Source of the DNA: an uncultured Acidobacteriota bacterium
Lineage (GTDB): Bacteria; Acidobacteriota; UBA6911
DNA: 64,000 nt
Direction of reading: 5' to 3'
Assembly (NCBI GenBank): GCA_963809485.1
Contig: CAWEJX010000008.1
Span: forward strand, 1 to 64,000
Shown: positions 9,468-19,766 of the stretch, in pieces
How the letters are laid out: each line of letters opens with the position of its first letter
How positions within the stretch are numbered: position 1 is the stretch's first letter
Notes under the pieces: generated by a model
What the model saw: only the letters and a program-made list of their open reading frames with translations
Told to the model about the DNA's origin: nothing
The model's database searches: none
Program-made: the position numbers and the translations under genes

Positions 9468-10316
9468 TTAAAACAGCTTGTTTGGGACCGGCTGCAATCC
9501 CAAAGCCTCGCGGACCGGGGCAAAGCTTTTCCTGTGAATAGGCACGGGTCCGAGTTTTTTCAGCGCGTGCAAATGCTCGAGGGTCGGATAGCCCTTGTGA
9601 GCAGCGAAGCCATAGCCGGGATATATGCGATCCTGCTCGATCATGTAGGTGTCCCGCGTCGTTTTGGCAATAAGGGAGGCGGCGGCAATGCTCGCAGATA
9701 GGGCGTCGCCATGAATGATGCCGTTTTGAGGACAGGGGCAGCCGGGTATTTTGCGTGCATCCACCAGCGCGAAATCGGGCTGCGGGTTGAGTCCGCATAC
9801 GGCACGGCGCATCGCCAGGAGGCCGGCGCGGTAGATGTTCAGCCGGTCGATCTCCCCGACTTCGGCACGGCCCGCGGACCAGCAGACTGCATTTTTTTTG
9901 ATCTCCGCAGCCAGCGCATCCCTTTTCCGTTCGTCCGTGATTTTTTTTGAATCGTCCAGACCGCGCAGGCGGTAATTGTCCGGAAGAATGGCGGCGCCGG
10001 CGATCACCGGTCCCGCCAGCGGCGCCATGCCGGCCTCGTCGACTCCCGCTATGAGTTTGTATCCCTGTACCGCCAGTGCATTCTCAAATCGGAAGAGCTC
10101 GTCGAGCCGCTGTTTTTCGCTCAAATCGATCTGACGGCGCTTGCGTATTTCCAATGCCAGCTTTCGGGCCCCGCTCCTGACATCCTTTTCAAGCGCTTCG
10201 AGAAGCTGGTCGGATATCGGCTGGTCCGCGGCCAGGATGAATTCTCTCAATCTCCCCAACGGTTGCGCGATGAATGAGTCGACGGAGGTGTCCGGGATTA
10301 GCTTCCTGACAGACAT
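9468..10316 (-). CDS. rnhB: ribonuclease HII with N-terminal extension
   Basis: AGVDEAG, DSKK, IAAAS..AK..RD, HKGY, HRKSF. Confidence 0.93.
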   Translation of the reverse strand: MSVRKLIPDTSVDSFIAQPLGRLREFILAADQPISDQLLEALEKDVRSGARKLALEIRKRRQIDLSEKQRLDELFRFENALAVQGYKLIAGVDEAGMAPLAGPVIAGAAILPDNYRLRGLDDSKKITDERKRDALAAEIKKNAVCWSAGRAEVGEIDRLNIYRAGLLAMRRAVCGLNPQPDFALVDARKIPGCPCPQNGIIHGDALSASIAAASLIAKTTRDTYMIEQDRIYPGYGFAAHKGYPTLEHLHALKKLGPVPIHRKSFAPVREALGLQPVPNKLF

Positions 10317-10376
10317 ATAAACTCCCGTTTCCACTGCCCGATACATACCGAATGAAGCGAAGACGATGGGCGGCGC

Positions 10377-13003
10377 CTATGGAGAGGCAGCCGGCTTTAT
10401 TTCGCGCCGGCCTCCCCGGGCGAGCGTTAGTTTAAGGCTGTTAAGGTACGGGTCGGATCCCTTAAAAATATTATCCGGGAACCTGTAGTAGCACAGGATG
10501 CTTTGGAAGATCCTGGTGCCCAGGTAGGAATTCAGCCACATCCCGGACAGGTACTGCAGACGCAGATTTTTGTCCCGGTTGATTTGAGCTTTCTGCGTCC
10601 AATCCCCCAAATCGGAAGCTTGCCCGGCGAAGGTAGCAAACAAATCAACCACAATACTGTATTCCTGATCCTCAGGGCGGCCAAATCCCACTTCCTCCAA
10701 GGACTGCCTCACCGGTTGATACTCGGGACGGTTCAGCAGCTGCTGCGTCCTGTCCAGATCAATTTGAGCCGGTGAGGCGCGCCCCAGGAGCATGGCATCG
10801 TACCCCTCCAGTTGCTCATCGTTGCTGAAAATCATTCCGTCCTTAAAGACGCGAAAGAACGTGGCAATCATGCTTTTCGACGAAGCCATGCTGCTTTCGT
10901 ACAGGGGAATCCAGAGGCTCATTACACCACCGGGCGTCAGGTGCTTCTTGCACATCTCATAAAACTCGATGGTGTTGAGCGCTGCGCTTCCTTTGACCCA
11001 CGGATCCACGGGATCCGAGGTGATCACGTCAAACTTAACGTCATCCGGAAGAGTGCGGACATAATGGCGCCCGTCGTCATAGACTACCGTTACTTCCTTG
11101 CCGTTTACGACTCGTGGATTTTGCCTTGGAGACGCCGTCAGCCACATGGTAGTTTTCCTTGCCGAACATGGGGGCCACGACCTGGGGCACCAGCGGTTCG
11201 ATGTCGCAGATCACGATTCGCTTGACGCCGGGATAAAGCACAAAGGTTCCGGCTGTGACACCGGCTCCGCAGGCGATGACAAGGACATTTTCGACCTTGT
11301 TCCGGATTCCTGCAAGTCAGCGCGGAAAGATGACCGAGCATACGCTGAAGACGCATGTCCCGGGGCTGGCTGGAGGCCTGGACTTTGCCGGCGCCGTGGA
11401 AAAAGCGTGCGCCCGCGGCCGACTTGGTGACAGCCACCGAAACATTCATGCCTTCGCCGAGATAGGTGCAATATAATCGTGAAGCGCTTTGCACATCCGG
11501 TTTAAGGGCGTTTTCACTGATCAATTCCGGCTCGGCCTGGGCTATATGGGTTGCGCTGAACCGCCCCCACGCAATCATCACCCAGGGTATGCTGGAAACC
11601 GTGTGAACCAGAAAGGTAATTACCAAAAGCGCAACAATCGTCCAGGCAAGCCCGGAATGCGAAATTATGGCCCGGGAGGATTTTCCCGTTTCCCGACCGG
11701 AATGCCTGAAAGAGACTGTGGATGCCAGCATGAGGATTCCGGAGACCGCCGCCGCAAGGATCAGTATCCGCTGGGCCCATTGAGACCCGAACTGCGGGAC
11801 CACAAACATGCTGAATGCCAGCGAGCCCAGGATGGCGCCTGCCGTATTGGCGGCGCATACAGCGCCAACCATACGGCCCGGGTCCCGGTCCGAGGCGGCC
11901 GTAGCTGCAATAGCAAGCGGGAAGCTGGCTCCCCAGAGCATGGCGGCGGGCAAAACCATCCAGGCCGTGCGGAGAATATCAAGCTGAAACAGAAACCATG
12001 GCCCCCCGTCGCCGGTAAAGATGCCCGGATTGACCGGCCAGTAGGGAAGGGATTTTGAAATGACAAACGCCGCCCAGGCGATGGCTCCCGTCAGCAGCAA
12101 TTGGCAGACGCCCAGCAATATTCGCGGGTTCCGGGATACGCGTGACATCAATGAGCCGGCAGCGCTGCCTATTCCCATTCCCAACAAAAACACCGCCAGA
12201 ATTATTGAAAAGGTATAGACGGTGGCGCCCAGCAGCAACGACAAAAGCCTTGTCCAGACAACTTCGGCCCCCAGGGCGCTCAGCCCGGAAAGCGCTATGG
12301 CAAGATATACAAATAAGGCGCCGGAAAATTGCGGGGCTGAGGCCGGTTTTGCATCGCTGGAGTTTCGCGGGGTGGAGGATTTTCGTGACAGCATCATGGC
12401 GAATGCGGCGACCAAGAGGTTGAGGCTTGCCGCGGCACAGGTGGCAACCGGCATGTCGAAGATCCGGAGCAGCACGAAACCTGACAGGAAGCATCCGGCA
12501 ACGGCGCCGGCGATATTGGCGCCATAAAAAAATCCCATCCAGGAAACGCCTTCGGGAGTCGATCTCACAAACCGGGCGGCGGCAGGAAGCGTAGCGCCCA
12601 TGAGCACCGTCGGGGGAATCAGGCATATCGCGGCCACCAGCGCGCGGGCAAAAACACCATGCCCATAGAAACTCTCATAGAGGCGAGCCAAAGGCGGCAA
12701 TCCGAACAGAACAATTATCGCGCAAAGCCCGATGCCTACCTCCAGCAGGGCATAAACCTTTAAAGGGTGAGCGGATTGGGAAATGCGGCGCGGCAGCAGC
12801 AGGCTTCCCAGGCACATTCCACCCATGAATGTTCCCAGCAATATTCCCAGAGATACGCCCGAGGAGCCTATCACGAGTTCCAGCAGCTGAAGCCAGACCA
12901 CTTCGTAGACAAGCGCCGCAAATCCGCTGCCGAAAAATAAAAGCAGAAGCCAGGGCAGCAAACGACGGCGCCCGTAATCACACTCAGCCGGATTGATCTG
13001 CAT
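10377..13003 (-). CDS. fused membrane/spermidine-synthase-like protein, two apparent frameshifts (about 11300 and 11125)
   Basis: SGFAALVYEVVW TM repeats, then VLVIACGAGVTAG and DDGRHY...FDVITSDP in successive frames. Confidence 0.8.
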
Positions 13004-13243
13004 CGCCTGCACAGAGCCTTGCAATATCACGAGCCTGAATCCTCAACGAGGCCGGCTCTCCAGAGCCGCCCGATCGGTGCTTCGACCTGCATCAAACGGG
13101 TTTGGAGGGCTGTCCTCACTCAACCTGGCGAGGGCTGTCAGTCACGCCAGATTTTCCCTGGAATGAAAGGCAGACTAACATAGATCGGCCGGCATGTGCT
13201 AGTCTGGCTCCGGGAACAGGCTCAATGCCATTGAGGAGACGCC

Positions 13244-14905
13244 ATGAGAAGCGACGCCATCAAAAAGGGAATCGAACGCGCGCCCCAGAGAGCTGCGCTT
13301 TATGCGGTCGGCTGTGGCAAGGCGGATCTGGAAAAGCCCTTCATCGGAGTCATCAGCAGCTCGAGTGAAATCTTCCCCGGGCACTTGCAGCTGGATACCG
13401 TGGCTCAATGGGTGAAGGCGGGAATCCGCAGCGCCGGCGGGGTGCCCTTCGAAATGGGCACCATCTCCATGGGCGAATGCATCAACGAAGGGCAGCCGGG
13501 GATGCGATACAACCTGCCCAGCAGGGAATTCATCGCCGATTCCATCGAAATACTGGCGCAGGGATACGCTCTGGACGGCCTGGTTCTGATCCCCAATTGC
13601 GACAAGATCGTGCCCGGGATGCTCATGGGCGCTGTCCGGGTTAACATTCCGTCGATTTTCGTCAGCGGCGGGCCCATGCTGGCCGGAAAGATCCTTGAAG
13701 GCGGTGAAACGAAGCTGATCGACATCTCAAAGGTCAATGAGGGCATGGGGCGTACGCTGAGGGGTGAAATCAGCGAGGCCGACCTGGAGGCGCTGGAGGA
13801 ATCCGCCTGTCCCACCTGCGGCAGCTGCGCGGGAATGTTCACTGCCAACAGCATGAACTGCCTGACGGAAGCCTTGGGCATGGCGCTCGCCGGCAACGGC
13901 ACAATTCCGGCAGTGAATACGCGCAGAATCCATCTGGCCAAGGATGCGGGCGAGACCATTATGGAACTGGTCAAGCGGCAGCTTTGCCCGCGGGATATTG
14001 TCACTGGCGGCGCGATTGAAAATGCCTTTACGGTTGCTATGGCAATCGGGGCCAGCACCAATATCGTATTGCACCTGCCCGCCATCGCACACGAGGCGGG
14101 GATTGAATTTCCTATTACCAAAATCAACGAAATCAGCCGGCGCACGCCTCTGCTCTGCAAGTTCAGCCCCGCCGCCGATTTCTGGCTGGAGCACCTGGAC
14201 ATGGCCGGCGGCATTCCGGGCGTCATGAAGGAACTCCGGCCGCTGCTCAACCTGGAGTCGAAGACCGTCAGCGGAAGATCGTTGGGCGAAATGCTGGAGG
14301 CGGCCCAGGTCAGAGACAGGAAGGTGATCCGATCGGCTTCAAATCCCTATGAGACTTCCGGAGGCATCACGGTGCTTTTTGGGAACCTTGCGCCGGAAGG
14401 CGCGGTTATCAAAAGCAGCGCTTCCGGCGTCCGCAGACACCGCGGGCCGGCAAGGATTTTTGATTCCGAACACGAAGCCACAGACGCCATCATGAAAAGA
14501 AATTTCCGCAGCGGAGATGTTCTGGTAATCCGCTACGAAGGGCCGAAAGGAAGTCCCGGCATGGTGGAAATGCTCTGGCCCACTTCTCTTCTGTGCGGAA
14601 TGGGCGCAGACAAGGATGTAGCCCTGGTCACCGATGGACGGTTTTCCGGCGCCACCCGCGGGATAGCGGTCGGCCATATCTCCCCGGAAGCGGCTTCCGG
14701 AGGCCTTCTTGCTGCGGTCCGGGATGGCGATATAATTGAGGTCGACATTTCCGAGCAAAAGATAGGCGTCGAATTGCCGGACTCGGAGATAAACGAGCGT
14801 TTAAGCGGACTGGCGCCTTTTGTGCCCAAAGTGAAATCCGGCTATCTTAAGAGGTATATGGAGAAGGTTACTTCGGCGAGCCAGGGAGCGGTGCTTCAGG
14901 AATAG
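13244..14905 (+). CDS. ilvD: dihydroxy-acid dehydratase (IlvD/Edd family)
   Basis: NCDKIVPG, CGSCAGMFTANSM, RYEGPKG.PGM.EM, TDGRFSG. Confidence 0.88.
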   Translation: MRSDAIKKGIERAPQRAALYAVGCGKADLEKPFIGVISSSSEIFPGHLQLDTVAQWVKAGIRSAGGVPFEMGTISMGECINEGQPGMRYNLPSREFIADSIEILAQGYALDGLVLIPNCDKIVPGMLMGAVRVNIPSIFVSGGPMLAGKILEGGETKLIDISKVNEGMGRTLRGEISEADLEALEESACPTCGSCAGMFTANSMNCLTEALGMALAGNGTIPAVNTRRIHLAKDAGETIMELVKRQLCPRDIVTGGAIENAFTVAMAIGASTNIVLHLPAIAHEAGIEFPITKINEISRRTPLLCKFSPAADFWLEHLDMAGGIPGVMKELRPLLNLESKTVSGRSLGEMLEAAQVRDRKVIRSASNPYETSGGITVLFGNLAPEGAVIKSSASGVRRHRGPARIFDSEHEATDAIMKRNFRSGDVLVIRYEGPKGSPGMVEMLWPTSLLCGMGADKDVALVTDGRFSGATRGIAVGHISPEAASGGLLAAVRDGDIIEVDISEQKIGVELPDSEINERLSGLAPFVPKVKSGYLKRYMEKVTSASQGAVLQE

Positions 14906-14986
14906 ACCTTTTCCTGGCTGTATTGCCGTCTATGTCGCCTGAATGAGCTGGATCTGCAGTTTGTGTGATTTTCAAGGGGGGATCGG

Positions 14987-15706
14987 GTGTGGGGACTTAA
15001 GGGAGCCATTGCCGCGCTTACTGCCGGATTTCTTTCTACAGCGGCATCGCCCGCAATCGCAAGCGAGCCGATCCGTGAGGAACCTCAGGTTTTTTCAGTT
15101 TCGAGCGCCGCTCAGAGCGGTGGGATTTCTGCTGTCGAAAGCGAAACAACCGCTCATTTCCCGGGCATGATTGCCACGGCCGCCGCAGTACAGCCCAAAC
15201 CGTTGACGGGCAAGGAAAAATTCCGGTTATACCTTAGAGACTATGCCAGCCCGGAAGCATTGGCTTTCAACGTTACGGGCGCCGGAATAGCTCAAGCGAG
15301 AGATTCCGTACCGGAATGGGGCCAGGGGATGGAAGGCTACAGCAAACGCCTGGGCTCCCGACTGGCAGGACGTGTGATCAAACATTCCATTCACGATGGC
15401 CTGGGCGCTCTTCTGCGGGAGGATCCCCGCTACTTCCATTCCGATAAAGCCGGAGTCTGGCGGAGAACACTATACGCCACCGGCCAGACTTTTGTGGTCC
15501 ACAAGGATTCGGGCGATACGCGGCCGGCATTTTCTCGCTTCATAGCAATATCCAGCGCTACTTATATATCCAGGCAATGGCATCCACAGGCGGACCGCAC
15601 CATTGGCAAATATTTTTCAGCGGGCGCAATCTGGCTCGGTATCGATGTGTCTCGAAACGTTTTCGAGGAGTTCTGGCCCGAGATAAAGAGAAAACTCCAG
15701 CGCTGA
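14987..15706 (+). CDS. exported hypothetical protein
   Basis: Signal peptide; EWGQGMEGY.KR, EDPRY and EFWP motifs typical of an acidobacterial family. Confidence 0.7.
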   Translation: MWGLKGAIAALTAGFLSTAASPAIASEPIREEPQVFSVSSAAQSGGISAVESETTAHFPGMIATAAAVQPKPLTGKEKFRLYLRDYASPEALAFNVTGAGIAQARDSVPEWGQGMEGYSKRLGSRLAGRVIKHSIHDGLGALLREDPRYFHSDKAGVWRRTLYATGQTFVVHKDSGDTRPAFSRFIAISSATYISRQWHPQADRTIGKYFSAGAIWLGIDVSRNVFEEFWPEIKRKLQR

Positions 15707-15769
15707 ATCCTCTCATCTCGACTCCCGACTGGGATGGAATCAGCCGCCGATAACCGGGAGTTTTGCATT

Positions 15770-16048
15770 ATGAAGCTGATAAACTCGATTCTGATCCACG
15801 AAGCAGACAATGTCGCCACTGCCATCGTCGATCTCAACAAGGGAGAAGTCGGCCGGTACTCCTGCAAGGGAGGGATCGTTGAAGTGGTGGTTACGGAAAA
15901 AATTCCCCAATTCCACAAGTTTTCCGTGCACGACGTGCCCAGGGACGGTTTGGTCCGCAAATACGGCGAGGTCATAGGACAGGCGACGCGTGATATCGTC
16001 AAGGGTGCGCATGTTCATGTGCACAACATCACCAGCCCGGAGAAGTGA
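15770..16048 (+). CDS. UxaA-family SAF-domain small subunit
   Basis: DNVATA, HKF, KYGEVIG, GAHVHVHN. Confidence 0.88.
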   Translation: MKLINSILIHEADNVATAIVDLNKGEVGRYSCKGGIVEVVVTEKIPQFHKFSVHDVPRDGLVRKYGEVIGQATRDIVKGAHVHVHNITSPEK

Positions 16049-16054
16049 CTGAAA

Positions 16055-17221
16055 ATGAAATTTCACGGATATCGAAGACCAGATGGACTGGCGGGAATAC
16101 GGAATCATGTCCTCATCCTGCCTACGGTAGGCTGCGCTTCGGAAACATGCCGCATCATTGCCGGCCTGGCAGACGGCGCGGTGAGCCTGGCAAATCAGAA
16201 CGGCTGCGGCGAGGTTGAAGGCAACAGACGGCTGACGCAGACAGTCCTGGCGGGACTGGCGGCAAATCCAAATGTTTACGGCACGATCCTGGTTGGCCTC
16301 GGATGCGAACTGAATCCGGTTGATGATATGGCCGCCATCATCCAATCCAAAACCAGCAAACCGCTGGTCAAGATCGTCATCCAGGACGAAGGCGGCACCG
16401 TAAACACCATTCGCAAAGCGGTAAAGCTGGCCGAGCAGCTTGCGGCGGAAACAGCGAGCTGCCGGCCTGAGGAGATGGATATATCCGAGCTGTTTTTGGG
16501 AATTGAATGCGGCGGTTCCGATGCGACCTCCGGATTGGCGGCAAACCCCGTGATGGGCTATGTCAGTGATTGCCTGGTCGACCTCGGGGCAACCACCGTT
16601 TTCAGTGAAACCCCCGAAATTATCGGGGCGGAGCATATCCTTGCGCGGCGCTGCCAAACGGCTGCCATGGGAGACAGAATACTGGAAATGTGCAGGGACC
16701 TGGAGGAAGGCCTGAAAAAAATTAACGAGGATTTGAGGTCCGGCCAGCCTTCTCCGGGGAACAGGGAAGGCGGGATCACGACCCTTGAAGAGAAATCCCT
16801 CGGCTGCATCCACAAGGGAGGCACGCGCCCCATAGCGGAAGTCGTGGAATGCGCTCAGCGGCCGGCGCAGAAGGGGCTTATTTACATGGATACGCCAGGC
16901 TACGACCTGCTTTCTGTAACGGCCAAGGTTGCCGCGGGCTGCCAGCTGATTGCTTTCACCACAGGGAGAGGGAACCCGATCGGCAACCCGGTTGCCCCCG
17001 TGTTGAAGGTGACGGCAAACCGCGATACGTACTGCAGGATGAACGATAATATGGATATGGACCTGAGTCCGGTCCTCGCGGGTGAGATGACGATTGAACA
17101 GATGGGCCGCAGGGTCCTCGATGAAATCCTCAGGATCGCCGATGGCAAAAAAACCAAGGCGGAGATCCACGGATTCGGGTTCAGTGAAGTGGTCGTTCGG
17201 AGAATGTGCGACTACGTCTGA
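16055..17221 (+). CDS. UxaA-family dehydratase large subunit (altronate dehydratase / SuyB-like)
   Basis: GYRRPDG..GIRN, LGCE, CGGSDATSG, EEKSLG, FTTGRG. Confidence 0.88.
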   Translation: MKFHGYRRPDGLAGIRNHVLILPTVGCASETCRIIAGLADGAVSLANQNGCGEVEGNRRLTQTVLAGLAANPNVYGTILVGLGCELNPVDDMAAIIQSKTSKPLVKIVIQDEGGTVNTIRKAVKLAEQLAAETASCRPEEMDISELFLGIECGGSDATSGLAANPVMGYVSDCLVDLGATTVFSETPEIIGAEHILARRCQTAAMGDRILEMCRDLEEGLKKINEDLRSGQPSPGNREGGITTLEEKSLGCIHKGGTRPIAEVVECAQRPAQKGLIYMDTPGYDLLSVTAKVAAGCQLIAFTTGRGNPIGNPVAPVLKVTANRDTYCRMNDNMDMDLSPVLAGEMTIEQMGRRVLDEILRIADGKKTKAEIHGFGFSEVVVRRMCDYV

Positions 17222-17241
17222 ACGCAAATTATCTCCGCCCC

Positions 17242-17471
17242 AATTACATCGGTAAATCCCCGGCTCTGCCGGGGGACTCAAAGAGTTTGACAGCTCCGTA
17301 TTTTCAAACGCTTATAAAAGCGCCGACAAACGTCGATTTGTTCGGCGAGGGTCGGAAGCGCCTCATCGGCTTTTGCCCGCGTATGTCAGCGTTCAAGACC
17401 GGCGTAACTAGCCCAACCGCTTTGAGCGGTTCAAATCTTTCAAGCCTCCGGCTTTGTCGGAGGTACCTGAC
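17242..17471 (+). mobile_element. family-A miniature element, copy A2 (internal deletion)
   Basis: GGTAAATCCCCGGCTCTGCCGGGGGACTC ... AAGCCTCCGGCTTTGTCGGAGGTACCTGAC. Confidence 0.85.
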
Positions 17472-17535
17472 GTATTCCCATCTTCGCTTCACCATCATGA
17501 AAGTGGTGGCGATAACGAAAACAGTTTCGAAAATT

Positions 17536-17563
17536 TGTGACATCTGTCACAGCATCTTATAAT
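17536..17563 (+). promoter_or_regulatory. CRP/FNR-type (or Rex-like) palindrome next to a -10 box
   Basis: TGTGA-CATCTG-TCACA at 17536-17551; TATAAT at 17558-17563. Confidence 0.6.
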
Positions 17564-17630
17564 GTTGTACAGATAGTGTGAGAGTATATGGGGGTTCGAG
17601 CATCTAAATAGGTTCAAAGGAGATGATGCT

Positions 17631-18482
17631 ATGTCACGCTTAAAATACGCCCTTTTGGGGCTGATATTAGTTGCTTTTGCCGGATGCAAACCTGCAAGTC
17701 AGGATCAAGCGGCCCAGCAGCCGCCGGCACAGCCTGCAGTGCAGCAGCCTGAAGCCCAGCAGGCGCCGGAGCCGACTCAGGTACCGCCCGCACAACAGTC
17801 TCCGGTGCAAGCAGCCCGTCAGACCGGAACTGTCAGACAGCCGGCGCAGAAAGCGGCGGCCCCTGCCCAGCAGACTCCGGCTGTACCGGTTCAGTCGGCT
17901 TCCAATGTCGCTCCGACTGCAGTCGCTCCTGCAGCCGCACCGGAACCCGTAAAGCCGCCGGAACCGAAATTTGTCACATTGCCCAGCGGCACTCCGATAA
18001 ATGTCCGGCTTGATTCAGCTTTGAGCACCGGCGTGAATAAAACAGGCGAGACCTTCCGAGCTATAGTGGACAAAGATGTAGCCGTGGGCGGAAAAGTCAT
18101 TGCCCCGCGTGGAACCATCGTCGAGGGCAAACTGACAAATGTCGAGCGGTCCGGACGTGTCGAGGGACGTGCGGCAATGTCTCTCCAATTGTCCAATCTG
18201 CTTTTGGAGGACCAAGCCTACGCTCTGCAGACCGACACTCTTTCCTTTGAAGCCGAATCGACCAAGAAGAAGGATGCCACCAAGGTTGGAGTCGGCGCCG
18301 GGATAGGAGCCGTTATTGGAGCCATTGCGGGAGGCGGCAAGGGAGCAGCTATAGGTGCGGCTGTTGGCGGAGGAGCCGGAACCGCCGCCGTTGTGGCGAC
18401 ACGCGGGAAAGAAGTGGTGCTGGACGCGGAACATCAGCTGAGTTTCGAACTCAGGCGCGATGTCAGCGTCAAGCTTCAATAA
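17631..18482 (+). CDS. lipoprotein with Pro/Gln/Ala-rich linker and glycine-zipper C-terminal domain
   Basis: Lipobox FAGC, LPSGT.I.VRL, GAGIGAVIGAIAGGGKGAAIGA. Confidence 0.8.
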   Translation: MSRLKYALLGLILVAFAGCKPASQDQAAQQPPAQPAVQQPEAQQAPEPTQVPPAQQSPVQAARQTGTVRQPAQKAAAPAQQTPAVPVQSASNVAPTAVAPAAAPEPVKPPEPKFVTLPSGTPINVRLDSALSTGVNKTGETFRAIVDKDVAVGGKVIAPRGTIVEGKLTNVERSGRVEGRAAMSLQLSNLLLEDQAYALQTDTLSFEAESTKKKDATKVGVGAGIGAVIGAIAGGGKGAAIGAAVGGGAGTAAVVATRGKEVVLDAEHQLSFELRRDVSVKLQ

Positions 18483-18599
18483 GCGCGACAGCGTCAGCCG
18501 GTTCCTTTTCACTGAAGAAGAGTTGAGGCCTGGAGGCTATTGGGATTCGCCCGCAGGTCTCCAGGTCTCGAACGCTGATGCAAGATTGACGCTCGAGCC

Positions 18600-19724
18600 T
18601 TATCCCCGGTCCAATATTCTCCTGTAGTATGCCTCGTAGGCTGGAATAATCTTTTGGGAACAGAAACGCGCTTGAGCTGTGCTCCTGGCGCGCTTTCCCA
18701 TCTCTTCGCGGCAGGAATCCCTGGCAAGGATAGAGAGAGACCGTTCCGCCATTGTATCAACGTCTTTAGGCTCTACAAGGAATCCTTCCACCCCGTCCGT
18801 GACGACCTCGGGCAATCCGCCGACTTTCGAAGCCACAACCGGAACTTCGCAGGCCATGGCTTCCAGGGCCACCAGACCGAAAGATTCGGTTTCGCTGGGC
18901 AGCAGAAGGAGGTCGGAAATGCCTATCAACTCTTCAATGTTGTCCTGCTTGCCCATGAAATGCACTTTCGCATCGACGCCGTTGTTGCGCGCCGCCCATT
19001 CCGCATTGCTGCGCTCGGGGCCGTCTCCAACCATGAGCAGCACCGACGGGATCTCCCGCTGAACACGCGCGAAAATATCCACAACATCCGTGGGCCGCTT
19101 GACGGCTCTGAAGTTGGAAACGTGGATCAGGATTTTTTCATCCGGAGAGGCGAACTGATTCCTCAACTCCGCATTCAAGGAAGGTTTGTACTTGTCGCAG
19201 TTGACAAAGTTATAGATCACTTCAATTTCGTTTTTGGCGCCGATGATTGATGGTCGCTTCTTTCAGAAAACGCGACACGGCCGTCACTCCGTCGGACTGA
19301 TCGATGGAAAAGCGCGTGATCGGCAGATAGGAACGGTCGGAGCCGACCAGGGTGATATCCGTTCCATGAAGCGTCGTAACGACGGGAAGCCTGCGCGGGT
19401 GCAGCATGGATTTTGCCAGAAACGCGCTGACGGAATGCGGGATGGCATAGTGACAATGCAGCAGATCGAGACTCTGCGATTCGGCGATTTCCGCCATTTT
19501 GGTGGCCAGCAGCCAGAGTATAGGGAGGATGGTCGAAAAGCGGGTAGGCGGGGACTTCCACTTCGTGAAAATGAATGTTATCAACTTCCCGGTTCAGGCG
19601 CATCGGGAAGCTCATAGCTGATGAAGTGAATCTCATGTCCGCGGTCGGCCAGTTCCATTCCCAATTCGGTGGCGACGATGCCGCTTCCGCCGTAGGTCGG
19701 GTAGCAGGTAATTCCAATCTTCAA
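18600..19724 (-). CDS. bshA: N-acetyl-alpha-D-glucosaminyl L-malate synthase BshA, three apparent frameshifts
   Basis: [47 protein letters not shown] and ESFGL are spread over several frames. Confidence 0.85.
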
Positions 19725-19766
19725 GATTCCCTCCGAAATGCGCTAAATGCCGTCCGCGGATAAATG

